64,000 nt of DNA from the human T2T-CHM13v2.0 reference genome, Homo sapiens, in the NCBI RefSeq assembly GCF_009914755.1, contig NC_060934.1; one strand, written 5' to 3'. The notes under the pieces are model-generated. The model had not been told where the DNA came from. It did no database searches and was given only the letters and a program-made list of their open reading frames with translations. Both the position numbers and the translations under genes were made by a program. This document shows positions 56,555 to 64,000 of the stretch, piece by piece. Position 1 is the first letter of the stretch. Every line of letters begins with the position of its first letter.

Positions 56555-58384
56555 TTGTATCTCCCTGGGAGGGGCAGGCCACCAAGACTCATCATCCCCT
56601 CCAACTCTGTGTGGTAAAGTCCAGACAGAGAGTGCTGCTGAGAAGTAGGGGCTCTTTTTTTCTACTTCCTGAATCATGGGTGGAGGCTCTACCCCAGGTT
56701 CAGTGGGCTGAGAATATGGAGGCTCTGACTACTCTCACCCAGCTCACTCACAGGGTATAGGTTGCACTCCAGTCAAGTCAAGTGGAAAAGATCAGAGGCT
56801 TCCACTCCCATCCAGTGGCAAGAGGAGTGTGTAGCTGTTTTTCTCAGGAGTAAAGGCTACTCATGAGAACACAGAGTTCCAAACTCCAAAGTTCTCCCCT
56901 GAAGACGGAGGTTATTTGAAATAGTGTGGGCAAATTCATGTCTAAGGGCTATCTCAAAAACAACGGAGATTTTAGCAGGCAAAGAGGAGGCTGATCACTC
57001 TGTAAGCAACAAGTCAACATTAGGCCAGCAAGTTTACCAGGAAGAACCAAGAAAAGAGCCCTACTGGGACTAGAAAAAAATCCAAATATTATCCCTGTCT
57101 AAAACTAATTTTATCAGACTAGAGAAATTCATGCCCCAGGACATTATCAAAATTGTTTATGCTTTTTGTTTCTGAGGCACTTGTTGGTCCTAAAGATAAT
57201 TGTACATAGTCTCTTCTAAAAGCTTTATATTTCTTTTACATGTAGATACTTCATCCACTTGGAATTGATGTTTGTAAATGGTATGAAGTGGGCATATAAT
57301 TTTAGTTTTTTCCACATGGATTTGCAGTCTTCTAAGGACCACTGATTAGAAAACTCAGCCTGTTCCTCACTGATCATGCACACATGTGGTATATAGATTA
57401 TGAGGATTGTTTCTGGGCTATGAATTCTATTCCTTGGTTTACATGTGTGGTTATTTTTTTCTGTAAGCATTTCATTTTACCTTGGAGTATTATTTGTGGG
57501 TTCCTGCAGGGATTTGTCTTCCATCTTTCAGGTACCTGGGACCACCACCACTCTGTCTCATTGAAAATTGAACTTCCATCTTGAGGTTTTCAGACCACCT
57601 AGATCTTATGAATTCAGGCTGAAAATCTACATGGAGACCACCGGCTTCCGTTGATAAATTCTCAGCAGGGTTTTTCACCTCTCTCCTCTCAGCACTGAGG
57701 TTCAAATGGCTGGTTTTCTGTTATACCCTTGGGAGAGGCAGATTTATTTCCAGTTGCCCCTCACTTTGAACAGATAGCTGATTGGGGTCTCAGCTCTGTG
57801 GGGATTTCCTGTAGAAATCTGGGCCTGCCATGGGTTTCGACTTCTGCCCTCTGCCCACCAGGAAGTCATGAAACTGGAAGTTCAACTTCCCGTTGCTGGC
57901 AAATTCCCTCAGGCCACGCACTGGTGTCAGGCCTTGGCTTGCCTTTTGGGTGGCTGTAGTCGCTAAATGTTTGGATTTGAGAAGTTCTTGCTTTTTGGCT
58001 AAATCCTTAATACATGTTAAAAGGATTATTTATAAAATTTTGTCCAGGTTTTCAGTTGTTTTCAGTGCAAGAGCTGATCCAGGTACCTAGCTCACCATGT
58101 TATCAAAAAGTGTCCAGTACAACCCAATGTTTAAGTTTCCAAATTGCATAATTTTAAAATTATGAAGTGTGTTTTGTCTTTAGGGTTTTGGAAGATCTGA
58201 GAGATCTGTCTTATCCCCAGAGGTAACTGATGTCCCTTCTTTCCTACTCCTGTCCCTGTTACCTGACTCCACTAGTAGCATGTACTTTAACATACATAAC
58301 GTGTGACCTGCTGGTGCCAGAGTAGGGTTCACTTCACTTCCACAATGGCCTGTGCAGGGGCAGGGAGTCCTGGAGCCCTCTGTG

Positions 58385-58870
58385 TCCCACACCCCAGTTT
58401 TGACTTTATTTGGGTCATGAGCCTCTTTAAGAATCTGATGAGGCCAGCTGCAGTGGCTCATACCTATAACTCCAGCACTTTGGGAGGCTGAGGTGGGAGG
58501 ATCACTTGAGCCCAGGAGTTCAAGACCAGCCTGGGCAAACATAGGGAGACCCTGTCTCTACAAAAACAAATGTTTTAAATTAGCCAGGTATGGTGGCATG
58601 TGCCTGTAATCCCAGCTACTCAGGAGGCTGAGGTAGGAGGATCACTTGAGCCCAGGAGGTTGAGGCTGCAGTGAGCCGTGACTGCACCACTGCATTCCAG
58701 CCTAGGTGACAGAGTGAGATTCTGTCTCCAAAACAAAACAAAACGAATTCTGATGAAAGCTAGACAAGGACGTACAGACCACACACAGCAGACAAAGTTT
58801 CTGTTGGATACACCTTCAGAAGGCCTGTGGATCCCTGCTGTAGGATCCCCTAATTCTAAGACTCCCCTAC
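58385..58870. mobile_element. Old hAT-Charlie-type MITE split by an Alu
   Basis: tttgggtcatgagcctctttaagaatctgatga / aagcta...cctgtggatccc...aattctaagactcccct. Confidence 0.5.
58442..58744 (+). mobile_element. AluJ
   Basis: J-type ggaggatcacttgagcccaggag in both arms; TSD gaat(t)ctgatga. Confidence 0.95.
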
Positions 58871-61574
58871 CCCTCTCTACAGCACTTCCCTGCATTTGCT
58901 GATGGCAGGACAGAAGGCAGCAGCAGCTAGCACAGGCCAGCCTGCTCAGCTGTGGTTGCTCTGCTGCGAACCCGCTGTGCCTGTGTCACATACCAAGGGC
59001 ATGACTAAGGGCTACTGATGCAGAGTCAGAAGTGGTCCAACCCTGGTCCCCATCTCCTCCCAGTCTCCTCTGAGCCTTAGCAGAGACTGACCAAGTAGTG
59101 AGGTCTCTGGCAGACATCTGGACCTGCAAGCTATCCAGAACATTGTCCTTAGCAGTGGTGAGATGGTCAGGTCAGCGCCTGGGTCCTTCCCAGCTCAGGC
59201 ATGCTTTTTGCCAGGATAGGAGCTTCTCAGGCCAGGGCCTCTCTTGCCAGTGCAGGCAGTCATGCCTGGCACCCAGTCCAGCAGGCGCGGAGGGGACTGC
59301 AGGCCACAGCTGTTCAAGTGGGGGCCTCCTCTCTGCCCTGCGAGGCCCTCTTGGCCTTGATGAGATCACTCGGGGGCCTTCTATCTTTGGGACCCCAGAG
59401 ATAGGGACAGGGAACTGGGAGCAAAAGCAGCCACATGTGCTTGGGCAGTGCCTGCAGGTGCCAGAGGAGCAGACAGGACCAGGTAGGGGACTGCAGCCCA
59501 GGACAAGCCAGTGGGGCTTCAGCACCTCATCCTGTCCCACCAGTGCCTCACTGCTGGGAAAACAGCCACCCTTGACCACTTGCCCACCGGCCCCTCCTGC
59601 AGAAGACACTCCCAGAAAAAACTGCTAGAATTTTATCAGGGCTAATAGAAGTTGCTGGCTGTCTCCAAAGCACACTCAGCTGTCCTTGGGAACTCAGCCA
59701 GCCCCACACATAGAAGGGACAAGGCCCACAGTGCACAGGCTCAGCTCTACAGCACAGGGCTTCTGTCCTGAGGTCCCCTAAGCCTCCTTCCAGCATGCCT
59801 TTCTGCTTATAGAATATTCACTTGATGATGATACAGCATTCTCCCAAACTGGACTTACTCAGAGAAGGTCTGTGCTCTGAGGGTGATGCTAGCAGAGCTG
59901 CTACCTGGGCACCTCAGAGCAGTCCTGACACAGGCCCCATGCAGCCCCACCTTGAGAAGAACAGGACACAGCCTGGGGACCCTGGGCCCAGAGTCACGGA
60001 GGTCCCTACGTGAGTCCAGCCTGCTCCAGCTGATGCTCTCTGGGCCTCCATTTTCTTGTCTGGGATGGGAGGAAATGATCCCCCGAGCTCATAATAATGA
60101 TCGTTTATGCCAGATCATCATTCCTAGGATTTCCCCAAACCTCCATGTGCCTGGGAGAGGAGCGAGTTCTCCAGCTCCCTGGGACCCTCAGGGGTTAGAC
60201 ATACCACCACCGGCCCTTCCATGAAGGCTGCACCTTGGCTCGGCCTCCACCGTGGGCCTGGCTGCAGGCTCTCACCCCAGCCCGCAGGAGCTGGGATGAA
60301 GGAAGCCAGTTCAGGCGAGTCCTCCGCACCGTGAACCCATCCTCTGCTGGCCTGATTTCCTGATCAGTGCAGGATCAGCCTAAGTGCCTGAATCCAGAGC
60401 CCACTCTCCACTTGGGTGGGAGCATGACTGCTTTCTGTCAGCCCCAGTGGTATGACTGGGACCAGAGCATCTCCTGCAGCCTGAACCATTGTCCCAGCCT
60501 GCTCACCCTTGGCCTCCTGTGCTCCTGGCAGGCATGGCTTTCCATGTGGCAGATCCCACTCTTTGTCAGGGCCTCTGCATCCTTCCTCCTGGGACAGGCC
60601 TGGCCTCAGAGGGTGGGAGGGGCACTGCAGCCACAGCTGCTGCATCAGGAGGGGCCAAGAGTCCCCGAGGTTGAGTCCAGGGCACAGCAGGGAGTCCCAG
60701 TCCTAATGCTTGAAACATGCAGTGTCCTTGTCTTGCCCCAGCTACAGGCTCCATGTACAAAAGCACATGGAGGGGGAGCAGAGGTTTCCTGGGGACAGCA
60801 GCTGAGGCTGGGGGCCGGTGTACTGGCTCACAGGCTCTGAGGCTGGGGAGCGGTGATGTTGTGCCACTGTGGCCTGCCAAGGGAGCCTGCTGGCAAGGGG
60901 CCTGCTGTGACCTGGGCTGCATCACTAGCCAGTCATCTCTCACTAGAGGCCTGGACCCACCCCTGCCAGGAGGGGAGCACTCCCTCCCCCTCTGTGCTCC
61001 CTTCCTCGCTGTCTGGCAGTACAGTGGCCACCTCCCAAGAACCTGTGCCAGCATGGGACTGGGGCCTCAGGGCAAGGGAGAGAAAAACCTGGGTCCCTCA
61101 GTGATATGGCCTGAAGGGGGCCTTGGCTGGCACTGACCACTGGTGTCAGGCAGACACCGGCCCCTCCACCCACCAGAAGATCTCAGGCACACCTGCCCAC
61201 CTGAAAGCAAGCAGGCTGGGGGTGGCTCCCAGAGCTGACCAGAGGAAGAGATGCCAGGAACTGTAGAGACAAGAGGAGTCCACGGCCCAGCCTGGGGCAG
61301 CACCTTGGAAGCTGGGGCAGCCATCCAACTAGAAAGGACAGAAGTCAGCTGTGGGGTTGGCATTGGGCTGGACAGGGGCAGAGGGACTCAGGACGTGCCT
61401 TCTGATGGGATCATAGGGTCTCCATAATGCATTGGCCACAGGTGGATGAGGAGGAAGGTGCCTCAGGGCTGTTGTGGAACTCCCAGGAGGGCTATGCCAC
61501 CCCCATAAGTGACTCTGAGCCCCACCCCACTGGTTTGCAGACCATGGGCCCCTAGTCATGTCACCTGTCTGGGC

Positions 61575-64000
61575 CTTTTTAAAAAAATATTATTATTTTG
61601 AGAGAATTGTAGAACGTGCATACAATTCATGCATGCACTTATAAGAAATGATACAGAGAGGTCTCACATACCCTTTACCCAGTTTCCTTCAGTGATAACA
61701 TCTTGCAAAACTACAGTACAGTATCACAACCATGATACTGACATCCATAGAGTCAAATTACAGAGTATTCGCTTACCACCAGGAGCCTTCCACAGCCACA
61801 CCCACTTCCCTCCCTCCCCAGCCCCTCTTAACCCCTGGCAGCCACTCACCACTTCTCTATTTACAGTTTTGTCATTTCAAGAATGTTATATAAGTGGAAT
61901 CACTGCATTATATAACCTCCTGGCATTGGCTTTTTTCACTCGGCCCAGATCCCTGTAGATCCATCCAAGTTGTCCAGCAGTTGATTTCTTTCTAATGTTG
62001 AGTAAGATTCCATGGAGTGGATCTGCTACACCTGGACCATTCACCCATTGAAGGCTCTCTGGAGAGCTCCTGGTTTGGGGTTACTATGAACAAACCTAAT
62101 ATAAGCTTTTGTGTACAGATTTTTGCATGACTACAAGTCTTCATTTCTCTGAGATAAATGCCTGGGAGTGCAGTTGCTGGGTCACATATCAATTGCATGT
62201 TTAGTTTTTATAAGAAACTAACAAACTGTTTTCTGGAGTGGCTTCAACATTTTACATTCCCACCAACAACATATATGTGATGCAGTTTCTCCACATCCTT
62301 ACCAGCATGTGAGGTTGTCACTGTTTTTTATTTTAGCTATGTTGATGTGTACATAATTGTATCTCCATGCAATTTTAACTTGTATTTCCCTAATGAGTAA
62401 TGATGATGAACATGTTTTCATGGGTTTATTTGCCATCTGTGTATGCTCTTGTATGGAATAACTCTTCATATCTTTTGCCTGTTTCCTAATTTGCTTGTCT
62501 GTTTGTTTACTACTGTATTTTGAGAGCTATTAATTCTAGACCTTAAAAGCCTTCATCAGGTAAGTAGTTTGTAAATATTTTCTCCCAGCTTGTCTTTTCA
62601 TTCACTTAACAGGCTCTTTCACAAAACAAAAGCTTCTAATTTTAAGAAAGTCCAATTATTTTTCATGTCAATTCTAATAACCTGGCTAGTTCTAGATCCC
62701 CAAAATTTTCTGCTATTAAAAAAAAAGTTTTATAGCTTTACATTTACATCCATGATCCATTTTGAGTTAGTTTTTGTATAAGGTGTGAATTCATTATTTT
62801 TGCTACGATGACCAGTTACTCCTGCATCATTTTTTGGAAAGGCTGTCCATCCTCTGATGAATGGCTTTGGTACCTTTGTGGAAGATTAGCTGGGCATATT
62901 TGTGTGAGTAGGTTTCTGAGTCCCATTGATCTATGTGTGTCCATCCCTCTGCCAGTACCCCACTGTCTTGATTAGTAAGCTTTAATTTCAAACAGTGATT
63001 CCTCCCATTTATTCTTCCTTCTCAAGATGGTTTTTGCTGTTCTAGGTCCTGTGTGTTTCCACATAAATTTTATGGAAAAATAAGCTTGTCTATATCCACA
63101 AAAATTCTTGCTAAAATTTTGACAATAACTACATTAAACCTATAGAATTTTGGAAGAATTGACATCCTTATATATTGACCCCTGCACATGTTTTGTTAAG
63201 TTTATAATGAAGTATTTCATTATTTTTGGAATGAATGTAAATGATATTGTATTTTTAATTTTTTTCATGCCTTCTTTGTTAGTCTATAGAAATGGATTGA
63301 TTTTTGTGTGTTGATCTTACATACTGCAACTTGCTAAACTCAGTTATTAGTTCTTTTGCAGATTCCTTGGGATTTTCTAGAGAGACTATCATGTCATCTG
63401 CAAATACAGACAGTTAAATTCTTTCATTCCAATCTGCATGTCTTTTATTTATTTTTCTTGACATATTGTAGTTGGTAGAACTTCCAGTAGCCTACTGCAT
63501 AAGAGAGGTGAGAATGGACACTTTTCCTTGTACCAAGTTATAGAAAGAAAGTATTCAGTCTTTTACCATTAAGTATGTTAGCTGTAGGTTTTTACAGATG
63601 CTCTTCATGAAGTTAAGGAAATTCTCCTTTCCTCCAAGTTTGCTGAGAGTTTTTATCATGACTAGGTGTTGGGATTTTGTCAAATACTGTTTCTGTGTCA
63701 ACTGATAGAATCACATGACTTTTCCTCTGTTGCCTGTTGGTAGGTGTATTACATTGGTTGATCTTGTAATACCGAACCAACCCTGCATACCTGGGATAAA
63801 TCCCAACTGTTCATGGTGTATAATTCCTTTTAAATGTTGCTGAATTTGATTTGCTGATATTTTGTCAACAATCCTTGTGCTAAAGTTCATGAGAAATGTT
63901 GGTCTGTACTTTTATTTTCATGTGTTGTCTTTGTCTGGTTTTTGTATCAGGCCTAGTCTCATAAAATTAGTTGGCAAGTGTTCTTTCCTCTTCTATATTT
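61575..64000 (-). mobile_element. L1MC/L1MD-type LINE, 3'UTR and ORF2, running off the window
   Basis: cttataagaaatgatacagagaggtctcacataccctttacccagtttcc 3' end, then reverse ORF2 (atcatgtcatctgcaaat is the FADDM region). Confidence 0.88.

Noticed and set aside
48800-61560. Many 60-180 aa ORFs in the GC-rich unique DNA
   Set aside because: They occur on both strands and overlap, as expected from stop-codon depletion, and none resembles a known protein.

Overview
Primate (catarrhine, probably human or ape) non-coding DNA. I can find no recognisable protein-coding exon, tRNA, rRNA or CRISPR array. Roughly two-thirds of the window is interspersed repeat: a full-length but internally rearranged L1PB (2.4-9.0 kb) carrying a MER11 LTR; several old L1M fragments; a long L1MC/L1MD-type element (35.9-48.1 kb) split by a younger L1PA5/6-like insertion; about 14 Alu/FLAM copies; MaLR, MLT2, MER39 and LTR14 LTRs; and hAT and Tc2 DNA-transposon fossils. 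The rest is GC-rich unique DNA (26-36 kb and 48-61 kb), including a CpG island at about 28.2-29.6 kb. Most ORFs in the track are L1/Alu remnants or chance ORFs. The most interesting signal is the L1PA insertion at 41.4-47.4 kb. One target-site duplication encloses the L1, about 130 bp of foreign DNA and an Alu, which indicates a 3' transduction. That Alu carries a dense sense-strand cluster of A>G changes, which looks like ADAR A-to-I RNA editing written back into the genome by reverse transcription. Other notable items: a relocated and inverted ORF1 block in the L1PB; a 224-bp processed 3'UTR retrocopy (tentatively UBE2V1) with a perfect 16-bp TSD; a templated insertion bracketed by inverted repeats inside an old L1 ORF2; and a duplicated 54-bp homeodomain-motif module. 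Repeat subfamily names come from remembered consensus sequences, not from a RepeatMasker run, and boundaries of old repeats are approximate.
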